Source: Raillietiella orientalis (Eukaryota). Taken from it: a stretch of 64,000 nucleotides of DNA. The DNA is taken from contig JAYWIR010000001.1 of the NCBI GenBank assembly GCA_036172245.1, positions 3,472,001 to 3,536,000 on the forward strand, in the 5' to 3' direction. The translations under genes were made by a program, and so were the position numbers. This document shows positions 28,301 through 40,749 of this stretch, one piece after another; positions within the stretch are counted from its first letter, which is position 1, and the number at the start of each line of letters is the position of its first letter. The notes beneath the pieces were generated by a model. The model searched no databases, was not told the DNA's origin, and was given only the letters and a program-made list of their open reading frames with translations.

Positions 28301-28970
28301 CCCAAGGGTGCTTGTGACTCTTCAAGATAAGGGTTGACCCTGGAGGGACCACCTTATGAATCCAGGAAGGGTTCCGGAAGAAGGAGTCCGTTCTTCCTAC
28401 ACTTGAGGGGACATCCCGAAGGGAACCTATTCCTTATCCTCTCTGGAGGGACTCCCCAGGGGGGACACTCCTGGATTTTTCTCCAGAGGGAAACCGGAAA
28501 GGATGTGCTCCTGGTTTCCTCCTCCTCTGAAGAGAACCTCGAAAGGGCGCTTCCCAATTTCACTGAAAGGCACTCCCCGAAGGGAGCAGCGAGCTTCGCG
28601 ACACTCTAAAGAGGCAACTCGCGAGGGGGGGTATCAAGGAGGAGCCATCCATATCAACCAGCTCCATGGAAAGCGATGGAAGGTCCCTCCCAAGAGTGGA
28701 GAAGACGGCTTCATTTTCACAACTGGAGGGGAGCCATCTCCTTGATTCCTAGTAGGACCCTAGAGGCTCAACTTCCAATCCCGGCCAGTCAATGGGGACA
28801 TCAGGCTTCCACCAGTGCCGCACCCGAAGCCAACAGAGGCCATCCAGAACCATCCTGCGGGGGAGATGACCTCACTCCCCGTTCTCGGCGTCGATCCTTC
28901 CCCGGGCAGGATTCGAACCCGCAACGCTTGGTACCACGCGCAGAGACCGCAACCACACGACTGCCAACGC
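28301..28970 (-). mobile_element. tRNA-headed SINE-like repeat, most complete copy (~670 bp)
   Basis: The minus strand starts GCGTTGGCAGTCGTGTGG (A-box-like) with a perfect B box GGTTCGAATCC (28919-28909). It continues TTCGGGTGCGGCACTGG, GACTGGCCGGGATTGGAAG, CCATGGAGCTGGTTGA, TTCTCTTCAGAGGAGGAGGAAACCAGGAGC and the tail TATCTTGAAGAG. These blocks recur in five other copies in the window. Confidence 0.75.
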
Positions 28971-29149
28971 GAACAAGGAAGGGAGAGGGTAAGGAAAAGG
29001 ATGGGTGGGAAAGGGAGGACAAGATGTTTGCATCGCGGCAGAGGAAAGTCGGAGGAACAGATCAAGGGGGGGTCTGTCTGGGGTGCTCCACGCTCTGAAA
29101 CAGCTGACAGGGAAGTGGTGTGGGAGGGAGTCAGGCGTCGGAATGGGTA

Positions 29150-29950
29150 GAGGTAAAGAGGGCGCTGGAAGCACCCAAGGTTGCAATCGGGGACCCAACA
29201 ATCGAGGCGCAGATGGGAAAGAAAATTGACCTGCGCTCAGCTCAACGCAAGATTGCATCCCTTCGCCAGAATAGAACGCCAGGATCAAAGGAAGACCGAG
29301 TTTCTGTATTGGGCAGCATCGCGCCTCGGGGCATTTTCCATTCGGCGGCACTTCCGATCAGCGCGGGTCGTAGATTCACTCATGCGACACAACTTGACCT
29401 TCTGCCTGAGCGGACATCGATCACCATGGACCGAGCCGATCATCTTCCAAGAAGATGAATCTGGACAGAATCTCTAGGTCACATCCCCGACAGGTAGGTC
29501 AACCAGCAGACGATGATTATGGACAGGCATGACGAGCCGGTGACCCCAATCAAGAAGCCCACTCCCAAATGCTAAGAGTTGGTAGCCGCCAGCCAGACGA
29601 TGCCGGGAGCGGATTGGTCAAAGTGGAAGCCGGATCTAATGGTCCAGGGCAAAAGGGAGGCAGTCACCCTAGACGTCGCTTGCCCCTGTGGACATCCGTG
29701 CACAGCACTGACAGGAGGAGACAGGAGAAGGGGAGAGAGAGTCGAGGACTGGCTTCACACTTTGTCTACAAAGGAGTTGTCCGTTGCTGCAAAAGTCGTA
29801 GAGACTCTGAGATTTCGCGGTTCAAGAAGTGATGGGGTGTCGATGCGGTAGAAGCTTCCGAAGAAGCAGGGGGAGCACATCGGAAGAGAAGTGCTCTTTC
29901 GAAAGCGTGGTGCTCCCAGGTCGTCTACTGGAAGCGACCAATCCGTTGTG
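29150..29950 (+). mobile_element. Degenerate R2/NeSL-like non-LTR retrotransposon 3' end (restriction-like endonuclease)
   Basis: The ordered motifs ESLGHI...RHD...KPDLMV....VTLDVACP match the CCHC/RHN/KPD..D RLE signature; several in-frame stops. Confidence 0.65.
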
Positions 29951-32372
29951 GGAGAATCTTGGAAAGTGCCAGAAGGAGGGGTGGAGGATGGAGACAGCAG
30001 AGAAAACGGGCGAGCAGGCAGGGTGTGAAGGAAGAGGAAGATAGAAACAAAAAAGGAGGGTGGAGCCGAAGACCAGAGTCTTCCCTTTCCATCTGCCGGA
30101 CCCCACCGTCCGCTGGTCGCCACATTTTCGCTCTCCTCGGGCTGTGTTCATCTCTGTGTGCCGGTTAATCCCGGTCCTGGCACCTCCACTTTTGTTTCCG
30201 GTGCCTGGATCTGAAATCTTCTCTGGTGTAGCTCTGACTTGCGAGAAGGCAACTTCGTGATTGCCCTCTTGGGCGCCACTCCGGGTTTTCAGAAAGTCTG
30301 GTGGACAGGACACGATGGTCTATGCACAAGGACATTCCACTATACTACAGATGTGCAAGGTTGCCATATAATATATGCAAACAGGATTGATATGGATATA
30401 AAGACTAGATGATATACATGTAGATACTATATAAGTAAATGTATACATGTGCGGATATTATATGTACAGAGAGAGCCCGTTAAAGCCAACCAGAGCCCGC
30501 CGCAGGTGAGGTTCTGCGGAGAAACGCATGGGGATTCGAAGAGGACCAGGTTTTGCGTGGCTCATGCCATCGTGTAGCCACTACACCGGATGCTCCTTGC
30601 AGGTGACCATCGTCCACTCCTTTCACGTGAGTGGCAGGCTTTCCTGCTCGAGCTCTTGAACAGGCGACTCTCGAGAGGACACGCGCGGCATCCCCAAACT
30701 GTCCTGATTGAAATTCTCTTTGCCGCAGGCCTGTGATGCGCGACTTGCCCCTAAGATGCTGAATAACTTCCTGTTAAAGCCAACACCCTTAACGAAAAAG
30801 TTCTCTTCCTTTCCCTCCCCCCTCCCCCTTTGAAGGCGCCGCCGACGCTCCTCGTTGGCACTCATGCCGTCTGGGAATGCCTCAGGGACTCTTCCGCCCT
30901 TAGAAAAAATAAATAAAAAAAAGAGAGGCGAAGAGCTCCACAAGTCAGAAAGACACACACGGAACGCCCCGTATAACTTCGCAAGGGAGCTGGGATCGTG
31001 AAAACCAACCTCTCCACCCTCAAAATCCCCCCCAGCAAGTTAGCTGCGGACCGTCATTAGTGCGATGAAATTCCCCTTCCCCCCCGCCTCAGGCATTTCT
31101 GCCTCCTCTCCGAATTCCCGGAATTCAAGTGACCGCGGAACGCCCCGCGCAATTCCCTTCATTGTTTTGCAAATCCGCGTTTTGCTTCGGACTCGGAAAA
31201 ATGCAGAATTCTTGAGTATACCGTGCAAGCAGGAGCGTCGTGTACAGTATTGATCGCGAAATTGTATTTGGCTAGCTTGAGAGAGTTCTATGCTTCATGT
31301 GTGGTGGCTATGCGATGTTGTGTGTCACAAATAATACGCTACATATATGTTGTGGAGACGGAGCAGTGTGTATGGATGCTGTACTGTATACCCGCATTGT
31401 ATATATTCGTGGAAACCGTGCCGAGGTACAGCTTCCACGAATACTGTGAGAATACTTGTGCCATAGATGTTTGTGGATTCTACAGAATATCAAAACCTCA
31501 AGTTCGGTTTCCCAGTGTGACGTCAGCGGGTGAGATCAGCATGGCGGCCAACAATTCCACCTAAAGACACGAGGAAGCTGATTTCAGCCTGGCTCGTTAT
31601 CAGTGGCTGGTGGTTCACGCGGAAGTGACTCCGATGTTGGGCGGAACCGAGCCAAAGGGAGGAGACAGGCGAAAGTTGAAGACAGTCGGGGTCTTTTCCT
31701 TTTTCTTGCCTCGCATTTATGGGGCGCTTGCAAGACAGAACATGTCTTATGGGAACTCCCTGGTGGGAGGGGTAGCAGGAGGCATGCGTCGGACTCCATC
31801 AGAGGCCATGTTTCCACTCCTGAAAGACATCTGCAGCTTCTCGAACCGCCCCTGCGGCTCGCCTTGATCCCCTTCCGATGCGTGAAGCAGCGGCCAGCAG
31901 AAAGCCAACCAGGGGCATAGGGTGCTGCTCCGAAGAAGGACAACCTGCAAGGCCAGATTCTCCCAGGAGCGAGGGACCACAAGTGCTGCGGGAGCGTGAC
32001 CATACGATACGACCGCGGACTTCCGTCTTCTGTCCCTGCGGAACCACCTTTCGACGGGGAAACAAGGAGAGCCAATGTGCTCGCTTCCTCACCAACGTCC
32101 AGAGCTCGGTGCACGGGAGCACTGGATCCTGGAGCCCTGGAGTGACAACGGTTAGGCAGTAATCACAGAGGTCCTGATCTCGGTGCATGAGTTGGTGATT
32201 TTTCCACCGAGTACCAATCGGATGAAGGGCTTGATGGTGTCAGGGCATCTACCGGACCCACCGGAGAATCGTCCGTCTTCTCCGCAGTGATAGATGAAAC
32301 CCCCTTCAACGCGGCATTAGGAAGAGTAGGTGAAGATTGCAGAAATCCGCTCTCAAGTGTGTACCTAATTTG

Positions 32373-32701
32373 TACCTCGGTACTTGAGGGTTCCGGAACT
32401 TGTCAAACTCAGTAGTCGTCGCATTGGGAAAAGAAAAAAAAATGTTTCGACACTCGGCGCATGCTCGGAACTTGACATCCACTTTCAGATGAAACAAGTG
32501 AACGTTTGTGCCTCATGGTGGCTCGCAAACAGTGTTCAACGCTTCCATAGAGTGCCTCCCGGATCGTCCCTTTTTTTGTGCTTTCTGTGCATTTTAAGAG
32601 TTAATTATGAGTCCTAAAATGGTTAAAATGATTCGTTCGGTAGTCGTCGGTTTCGGAACCTACGCGAGTTCCGGAACGACTTGCCGACGAGTACTGAGGT
32701 A
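32373..32701. mobile_element. MITE-like element with imperfect terminal inverted repeats and TA flanks
   Basis: The left end TA-CCTCGGTACTTG..GTTCCGGAAC matches the reverse complement of the right end TA-CCTCAGTACTCG..GTTCCGGAAC. Interior is non-coding, with a hairpin at ~32637-32686. Confidence 0.5.
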
Positions 32702-34399
32702 TCACATCACCGAAGTATAAGAATCTTTTGAGATCACACACTACCACCTCTCCTTTTGCTTTCCTACCTCACCTTCCCGTCATCCTGACATTCGACCGCT
32801 ACGGACTACCCTCAGTACCACCCTAACCACACCAACACTTCTGCAACTCTTCCTCTGCCTGAATATCGTATCTATTTCATCGCTCGAATCGTCCTCTAAA
32901 AAGCCGTGAGAATTCCCCGTCAATCTGCCCGGTGCAAGTGCCTCCCTTAAGGAATCATACCATCCTGTTCCTATGTTCCCCCTCATACCACCTTCTTCCC
33001 GGGCTCGGATGAGACGTTTGTGCTCCCTGACTCAAAGGTGAAAACGTCTGATGTGGTGGGTTCGAGAAGGTTCATGAGGATGTCGCCCCACATCAGGCAG
33101 CGCCCACACCAGCTCTCTTCCTTCTCGCTTCTGGCAACTCCACCGGTTGGCGAGGAGACTAAGGCACGGAGATGCGTGGATGAAGCGAACCCATTTGCTT
33201 GTGGGGTGAGTCCGGATGCTGCTCAGCGAGGGAATGACGTGCCTCACTGCTCTGGAAGGCACAGAAGCTAGACGCAAGCTTATTCCACTCGGTGCGTGGT
33301 CAATCACGGCCACTTCCGTTGGTGTCCTTTAAGGAGCGACCCGCTGTCCCCATTTGAGAGACCACAATCTGCCGGCTTCTTACACTGCACTTTGTCCAGC
33401 TTGTCTCTAGATGCCTAGCGGTCTAGTTGACCTGCTTCATCGTCGGGAGCTGTCAGTCCCGCGTCCGAGAACACCCATCATGAGAAACGCGCCACAGACC
33501 TGCAGCCAGTGGCACCTCCACCACCCTGTCAGGCCGCTCCAACATCCCAAGCTCGAGGGAGGCGAATCGAAGGTCAGGGTTTTCTTCGGAAGATGGCTCT
33601 TCTGGGAAGTACTGCCGCAGGAGATTTTCACAGAAGCAGGGAGGAAGAAGCGAACGTCGGGAGAAGGAAAACACTCGGGCCGAAGAAAAGCCACCAACGT
33701 GTTGCGCCGGCTCCTGACCTCACCTTTCCTCGCCAGGGGGTTTCCTTGGTTTCAGGTTCTCCTGCACAACTAAGACCGGGCCATGAGGGAAAGGATTTTT
33801 CTGAAGACGATTTTCGGGATGAATCCGGAGGAGGAGGTGGCGGAGTCGATTGTCGCACTCCCACTGGCGACGTCGGACCTTTGCATTTCGAAATGGAACA
33901 TCCGGAAGGGTGTGTGGAACTGTAGGTTCTCCGGAGATGAGCGGTGGCCTGGAGTCAATCGTGTCGGGCATTACTGTTGACTGTCTTCACCCGAGCTCTG
34001 TTTGCTGGCTTGAGTCTCCTTCATGCTGCTGACGTCTCACAAAGAGTCTCTTAAGATTTCACCTCCTGCTGGATCAATGAATTCTCTTAATCGATGGCAA
34101 CAACGCGCATCACTACCAAAGGTATCGATCGTGAGGTTTCCTCTGCGAGGCTTCTGAGAGTACAACAAACGAACATTTTGCAGGACCGCCCGAAAGACTC
34201 ACGAAGATCCATTCATACCTCTCCAGGGAAGACCACTGAGGGATTCTCAGAATCCCTTGTTCCAGCAGAATGCCAACTCCGCGATCTTATTGAAGAGCGA
34301 GAATGCCGCTGAAGACCGCTTAGTCAGATCTCCCATGTTCTTGGGGAAAAGAAAGAGCTGAAAATTTCATTCTTTGGTTCCTGGCGAAATAGGCCGAAG

Positions 34400-35740
34400 G
34401 CATCGAAAACTGCAACTCTGTCCTAGCGAAGATCTGCCCAGCTGGGCAAAACAGGGGCTCTGTCCCATGGCTGGTTTGGATCGGGATTTCGAGGTTGGGC
34501 CGAAGTGGACGTTGCACATCCGCACTTTTCGAAACCGGTGCTTTTCTGCGTGGACATCCAAATGTTCCTTGCTTATCGACATCCTTCACTAAAACTCCCC
34601 GAATGTTCCAAGGATCGAAGGCATTTGGAAGGCAAATCACCAACTCGTACAAGAGTTCCAGTATTAGCACGTGTACAGTCGAAGACACAAATTGTCCATT
34701 TACCATTCTAGAACTCCTAGATGGTGAGTCCTTAAAGAATCATTTGGGGTGTATTTTTTTCCCTCTCCGTGCTGAGCTGGGAGGACCATGATGAGTGAGT
34801 TCAGGGTACAAAAGGAGTCCTCATGCACTTTCTCGTCGAACAGCACAGGAAAAGACTCCACATTTAGAAGGCATTTAGGTAACCACCTTCCGTTTCCTCC
34901 ACAGAAAGGTATATAGGCGATAAAAAATCATTAAGAGCACGTAAGGGGTGGGAAGTGGCGGTGCGCAGGTTTCGTCCTTTTATGGTCTCTTGATCTCTCG
35001 AGGGAAATGCCGTCGTTTGCAGAGCAAGAGAAATATAAAAACGTCCCCAGAACGGCTGGTTCACAACGGGTGGTTTTCCGGAGCGAAAGACCGATTTACC
35101 AAACCAATTTACCATTCCCCCACGAGCGATTTCCCACACACAGAGCTGCAGTCTCCCCGTGTGCATGGACGACGTCTGCATCGGAAGAAGCCACGCCGTA
35201 TGCAAGGGGAAACCTTCCGCAGTCTTCCGCGCAGTTTGTCTCTCCATCCAAAAACAAAAAGCAAAAAACTTTCTTTATGACGAAGCAAAGGAAATCCGTG
35301 TCACATTCACGTCGCACCAGCTGCACACCTCAAGCATCTTCCTGAGCAGCATCATGGCCTTGTCGAAACATTCCTACCTGAATGATTGTGCTGTGCTCGG
35401 GTGGGGATGGGGATGTACGCAAGCCAATAACTTTCCACATCCTATGGTGGCAAATCCAAGTGCGATGGAAAGCCACGGGCGTTGCGTCTGAGATCTCGCT
35501 TCCTCGCAGTCCCAGATGACCACTCCCGCCGAAAGCAGCTCTCTCGTTTTATTTCCAGAGACTGTGGTCGCATATCGAAGCAAATCCATGTGGCGTCGCA
35601 TAATTCTTAACCACTCAGTCCCTAAAAGCGAAGCAGAGAGGATGTCGTTCATTCGTTTCCTGAAGTGGACGTGTCAGATTGTAAATCTCCATGGAAGTCT
35701 CGTTCTCCGCATTTCATCGCCATGCGTGCATTGAGTTGGA
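34400..35740 (+). mobile_element. Degenerate Ty3/gypsy protease-RT-RNase H relic
   Basis: In order: ALFETGA (protease DTGA), PIYQTNLPFP (like YQ..lPFG), CMDDVCI (YxDD), VVAYRSKSM...HSVPKSEAERM (RNase H vAy.Sk.l...Ys..E.E). Truncated at the SINE starting ~35744. Confidence 0.6.
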
Positions 35741-35743
35741 CCC

Positions 35744-36470
35744 GCGTCGGAGGTCACGTGGTTGCGGTCTCCGCGCGTGGCACAAGGCGCCGCGGGTTCC
35801 AATACTCGGAAAGAATCGACACCGAGAAATGGGTGCGTCGTGGGTCTTCGTGCAAGATGACGCTGGCTGGCCCACATTCATTCGGGTGCGGCACTGGAAG
35901 CGGTGAAAACCAGAGGCCCCCGATGAAGGCCGGAACAATGGTCGACCTTCGGGTCCTTCCAGGAATTAAGGAGTGGGGAGTTGCGCCTCCGGTTGTGCAA
36001 CGGAGAGCAGATCCCCCACACCGGGGGACTCCTTTGGTTCCTTCAGATGGAGTAGATATAAGCCCTCTCTCCAGAGAGTGCAAAGAAACGAGAGCGATCT
36101 CCCAGGGGAAGCAGTGCCCCTTCAGAATTTCGGAAGCGTCCCTTCGGGGTTCTCTTCAGAGGAGGAGGAAACCAGGAGCGATTCCCTTGCTGGTTCCCTC
36201 CGGATAAGAAATTCCTACGAGCGGATCCGGTTCCCTTCGGAGAAGGAAAAATAGAGCGCATCCCCCGTAGAGAATGAGGAAGGAGATTTTCTTCGGGGCT
36301 CTCCTTCGGAGACAACCAGGGTGGAAGTGTAAGGATCCCCCTTTAGAAAAGGGGGATCCATACCCAGACGTGAGAGGAACGGACTTCGAGCCCTTCCTGG
36401 TTTCAGAGGGTGGACTCCTCCAGGGGTATACCCGCTATCTTGAAGAATTACATGCATTCTTCGTGGGTGG
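35744..36470 (+). mobile_element. tRNA-headed SINE-like repeat, copy 2
   Basis: GTGGTTGCGGTCTCCGCGCGTGG...GCGGGTTCCAAT head, TTCGGGTGCGGCACTGG, TTCTCTTCAGAGGAGGAGGAAACCAGGAGC and the TATCTTGAAGA tail are shared with 28301-28970. Confidence 0.72.
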
Positions 36471-36549
36471 CGTGGAACAGTGTTAAAGAACCACGTGCGC
36501 CGCAGGTTAAAACTGGTTACCCCCGATGCGTGTCCGGGATTGAGAAGCA

Positions 36550-37030
36550 GCCCCGAAGGAAACCACCTTTTCCTCGTTTTCTCAGGAGGGAATCCGGAAA
36601 TGATCCGCTCCTAGTTTCCTCCTCTGAAGAGAACCCAAAGGGGACGCACCTCAATTTCTCTGAAGGGAGCAGCGCCCTTCCTGACACTCTGGAGAGGCAC
36701 CAGCCAGCTCCATAGGATGCGATGGAGATTCGTCCTCCGAGATGGGAGGGTTTCATTTTCGCGGCAGGAGAGGAGAAACTCCGAGGGGAAATGGCGCTTC
36801 TCGTTTCCTGGAAGGAACCTGGAGAGTCGACTCCGAATCCCGAACAGTCAAGGGGGCATCCGGTTTGCTCCAGTGCTGCCACACCCGAATAGACCAACCA
36901 GCGTCAACTAGCAAGAGGGACTCGAAACTCAAGACGACGCACCCTCCGTTCTCGGAGTCGACGCTTCTCCCCCGGGAGGGATTGGTACCCGCAACGCGCG
37001 GAGAGCACGGCCGCACAGCCTCCGCCGCGG
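36550..37030 (-). mobile_element. tRNA-headed SINE-like repeat, copy 3 (inverted relative to copy 2)
   Basis: The minus strand has CTCCGCGCGTTGCGGGT, TCGACTCCGAGAACGG, TTCGGGTGTGGCAGCACTGG and TTCTCTTCAGAGGAGGAAACTAGGAGC. Confidence 0.7.
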
Positions 37031-37034
37031 ACAT

Positions 37035-37635
37035 CCGGATCCTTCCGGGAAACAGAATCAAGGAGTGGAGGTTCCCCTCTAGTTGGCAAAGGAACGGACC
37101 TCCTCCGGGAAGAACCCTCCGTCTCGTACCGTGGAGCTGGTGAGCTTCTCGAGAGTGCAAAGAATGGTGCCGCTCCCTTCGAGGAGAGCCCTTCGGAGAA
37201 ATTCTTTTCTTCGAAGTTCTCTTCAGGGGAGTGAACAGGAGCGAGAGTTCCTTTGCGAGTTCTCTCCGGAGAGAATAAGGAAGGAGATTTACTTCGTAGA
37301 CAATCAGGGTGGAGGGTTCCTTCCGGGGGTCCCTCCCCAGGCGTGAGAGCTGGTTGGTCCATGGAGGAGGCTCCCTCACATGGCAGCTCTAGCTGCTCCA
37401 CGGACTTCGGTTGCGGCACTGTGGAAACTGGAAACCCCCGGACGCTCCCGCTGACTGGCCGGGATTGGAAGTCGACCTTCCAGGTTTTTTCAGGAATCAA
37501 GGAGTCCTTTGAGGTTCCCCTCCCGTTGTAAGAATGGTGCCCCCCATCGCGCACCATGGAACTGGTTGATACCCCCTTGGGGGATTGCCTCTCCAGAGTG
37601 TGAAGAAGCGCACTGCTCCTTTCGGGGAAGCGCTC
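37035..37635 (+). mobile_element. Two partial, headless copies of the SINE-like repeat (~37035-37345 and ~37345-37635)
   Basis: GAATCAAGGAG, GTGGAGCTGGT, TTCTCTTCAG and GAGAATAAGGAAGGAGATTT in the first. TTCGGTTGCGGCACTG, GACTGGCCGGGATTGGAAG, GGAATCAAGGAG and CCATGGAACTGGTTGATACCCCC in the second. Confidence 0.68.
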
Positions 37636-37749
37636 TTCAGCAGGATTTGGGTTGCGTTCGCGGCTGGCAACCACGATCGTGTCTTTCGGGTTTCCTGGAA
37701 CTCGCTCACGATCCGGAATTCCCAAGCACTTATGGGGTCGGGGTCAGAA

Positions 37750-38200
37750 TGAGGAAACAGCCAAAAGGAACGCGCTACAAGGTTCCGGAAGGTCGTCAGG
37801 CAGACAGAAAACCTGACCGAAAATCAACGCTGCCCTCCGAAAACAGACGAGGGGGAGTCTGAGGATCATAGGACTTCTTCCCACCCTCTTATAGTCACTC
37901 TGCCAGTGGCTCCTTTTAGCCGGAAAGATGAGGATCGCGAGCGATTTGGATGGCGATAGTGAGGAGGAGAAACAGGGTGGGACGTAAGAGCCAGAAGAGG
38001 TGCCCGCATAGGCTGCATTGGTCCCAGAGTGCACTCCGCGCTTCATCAGCAAGTGTAGTATCAGCAGAAACGGATGTGCAGCATCCGTTCCGTGAGTGCG
38101 CTCGCGTAGATCTGTGCGAAATGCGGCGGGGGAGGTCGACTGCTCGAGGCCCGAGAGCGACAGCCGCTCTGTGGATGGTGCATTCTCCTCCCGACCACCC
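37750..38200 (-). mobile_element. Decayed non-LTR RT fragment
   Basis: THGTDAAHPFLLILHLLM...AAYAGT...ILIFPAKRS...LIFGQVF loosely follows QG..lSPlLF / aYADD / lnp.K / yLG. Confidence 0.25.
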
Positions 38201-39949
38201 GTGTTCTTCGAGGAGAGCGCTGAGAGGAATCGACGCTCTCCCCCACATCCTCTGGCAACGGCAGCCCTCTCGTCTTCCAGGAGTCTGTGGGCTTCTCCGT
38301 GGGGTCGGACACACTCGTAGCTTTTTTTTACTCTCTCTGTTTTGTTCCTGGGAGACTTCTCTTTGTGCACCTTCGACAGCCCCCTTTTGTCGAAAGATAA
38401 AAGCTATTTGGAGCTGAAGGTCATTAGCGTTACCTATGAAATTGATGTCCGTCGCAAGGACAATAGCACGACCATTCGCAGGGGGATGGAGGGGGGGAAT
38501 GGGGGGAAAGGTGAGTTGGTAGGCGGTCACTTGCTCGGTGCGCAGGACTCTCCCTTATGACGAGGTACGTCACCACACCCCCAGCGGGGGGAGGGGGGTG
38601 GTGACGTGCGCTCGCTTGCTGCAGGGGTAGGGAGGACCCTGCCTCGTGCGCTTTCCAAGCGCGGAAAATCGCGTTAGAGACGGAAAGCGCACGCGTCGCC
38701 GAACTGCTTTCGATTCCTCTTCGGTGGTGTCCCACGAGACCCGCTCAAAAGAATGCCGGCCTTGTCCAGGACTCCCGGTTGCCGCGGTAGTCCGGAGTGC
38801 GCGAGAGGCGGGGATCTCCAGAAATGAAGGAAGGATGAGGCCATCATCCCGGCCATCCCACGAAACTCCACCAGAGCCGGGTGGTCCATTGCTCTCTCCC
38901 TATTTATTTATTTATTGTTTTTCCCTCCTCATCACCCTGGTTCCGCTCCATCCCAGTGAGGGTAGTTCCCGTGGGTGCGGGTCTCGAGCTAAACCTGTCT
39001 ATTGTCAACAAGTGGTCCGGATGTTCAGGATGAGAGGGGCTCACCGTTCCTCGTCTTCCCGAGTCCCGCCTCCACGGCTGCCGATGCTTGTTCGAGAGAA
39101 AAGTGGCGCTAGCTGGGCGCGAGCCCTTGGGAAACTCTTCGGCGGCATGGCAACGAAGACGAAGACGATTCCGCTGGCGAAGCCCGAGCTTTTTCCTCAC
39201 CTTCCCACCCCCTGCTCCTCCGATTCGCTTCGAGGGAGCAGCGGCAAAGATGGAAAAGTCCCACAAACGTCGCAACCGCCTCGAACTCGTGCCTCTGGAT
39301 TCGCCACTCCGCCAGTGGATTCTCTCGGACCATTAGAAACTGCCAAGTGAGGTGAGGGAGAGGAAGGAGGAAGGCAGAGTGGGTGGGGGATGGATCTCTT
39401 CGTCGTAAATCACCGGCAGCCAGGAAACGCGACTCCTTGCCGAGGAGCCCGGGAATTCTCGAACCCCTCCCGAGCCGGATGGAGTGGACGGCGTGTGTGC
39501 CGTCGGGAACTTCCTGTGCGCAGTTCCTTCCTCGAGCGTCTGTAAGATCGTAAATGACGCATGAAATAGAGGGAGATGATGGGGAAGGAGAGTGAGTCTG
39601 CACTGACTGCCGCCACCCTCGACCTTCGGAATCATCCCAACGGGGTGATTGCGTTGACCTCCATCCTTCTTCATTTGCCGCTGCTCGAAGCATCGCTCTC
39701 AAGGAGAGTCCCGAGCTTGCCGGCTGTCAAGGCGCTCCCAAAGAGGCGGGAGACGTCCGTTATGACGGTCCATCCTTCTTCTAGCACTGTGTGTGGCAGA
39801 GAAGCAGGGAGTCGACCCCGATGCATGGAAGTTGTTGGGCCATCAGCTCCCCATTATGAGGCTTCTTGATCTATGCTGCCCACTGGTCATTCCTTGCAGA
39901 GGTCGCGCTTTCTATGAAGCTTCAGCAATCGATGATGGTACTGCGCTAC

Positions 39950-40300
39950 GCGTATCCTCTGCACGCACCCCGATACGCGTCGTTCCTGGTGCGTGCGGGA
40001 GGACCGTATGGACAGTGTTTTTGGAACACGCCTCGTAGACGAATCTTCAGTCTTCGAATCTCTTGTGAGCCTTCTCCGTAGAGGGAATGCCCTGCGATGC
40101 GCACGATGCTGTCCAGCGCGGGAGACGTCCTGCCCTCTGCTTCGAGGATACCGTTGAAGAGCTCGCAGGCTAGGGGAGAATTTTCGTGGGCTGGTGAGCT
40201 CCTTTCTCCAAAGACTTCCGGAAGATTTTTCCTTTTTTTATGCGCTGCCAACGGTGACGTTTGCCATCCGCTTGCGCACGTCTCCCAAGGAGCAGCCGTC
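39950..40300 (-). mobile_element. Decayed non-LTR RT fragment
   Basis: ENSPLACELFNGILE resembles QGxPLSxxLFNxxLE. Confidence 0.3.
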
Positions 40301-40749
40301 GCTCCCTCCTTGCTGATCACTCATCGATGCGCATCGACGCATTTTTCATTCTCTCTGTTCCAATTCGGTGATTCTTGTGGCTTCTGGTGCTTTCCATGGT
40401 TCCTTCTTTTTGTCCCGGAATGAATGGTGCTGCATTTTGAAAGGGATGGAGAAGAAGATTAAGGCAGTAGGGGACATCGAGCACAGCAACGCGTTCTCTC
40501 TCTCTCTTTTTTCCTTTTCAATTCCCTTAATTGCTTCGTTTTCACGCCCTTTTCGTCCTTTCTTTCAAAGTTGCTTCTGCCTGGTGTTCTCTGGACCTTC
40601 TTAAAATTTAACTCAGAAGAGGTCTCGGTGTCTGTTGCTCTGCTGTCTCCTGCTCTAGCGCACACTGTCGCAAGCAAAACATCTCGCACTCTTCCGAACC
40701 TTACACTCAAGAGAACACCAGCTAAATAGTTTGTCCAGTCAAATAGTGG

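Noticed and set aside
28525-28560. Hammerhead-ribozyme-like core CTGAAGA-GAACCTC-GAAA inside the SINE-like repeat
   Set aside because: No usable stem I or NUH cleavage triplet can be formed, and the GAAA is absent from the other copies (36130-36160, 36620-36645).
28900-28970. Possible tRNA gene (perfect B box GGTTCGAATCC)
   Set aside because: No complete cloverleaf or acceptor stem; it continues into a repeated body, so it is treated as a SINE head.
31241-31483. TGTA...TACA-bounded AT-rich block as a solo LTR
   Set aside because: No target-site duplication and no second copy in the window.
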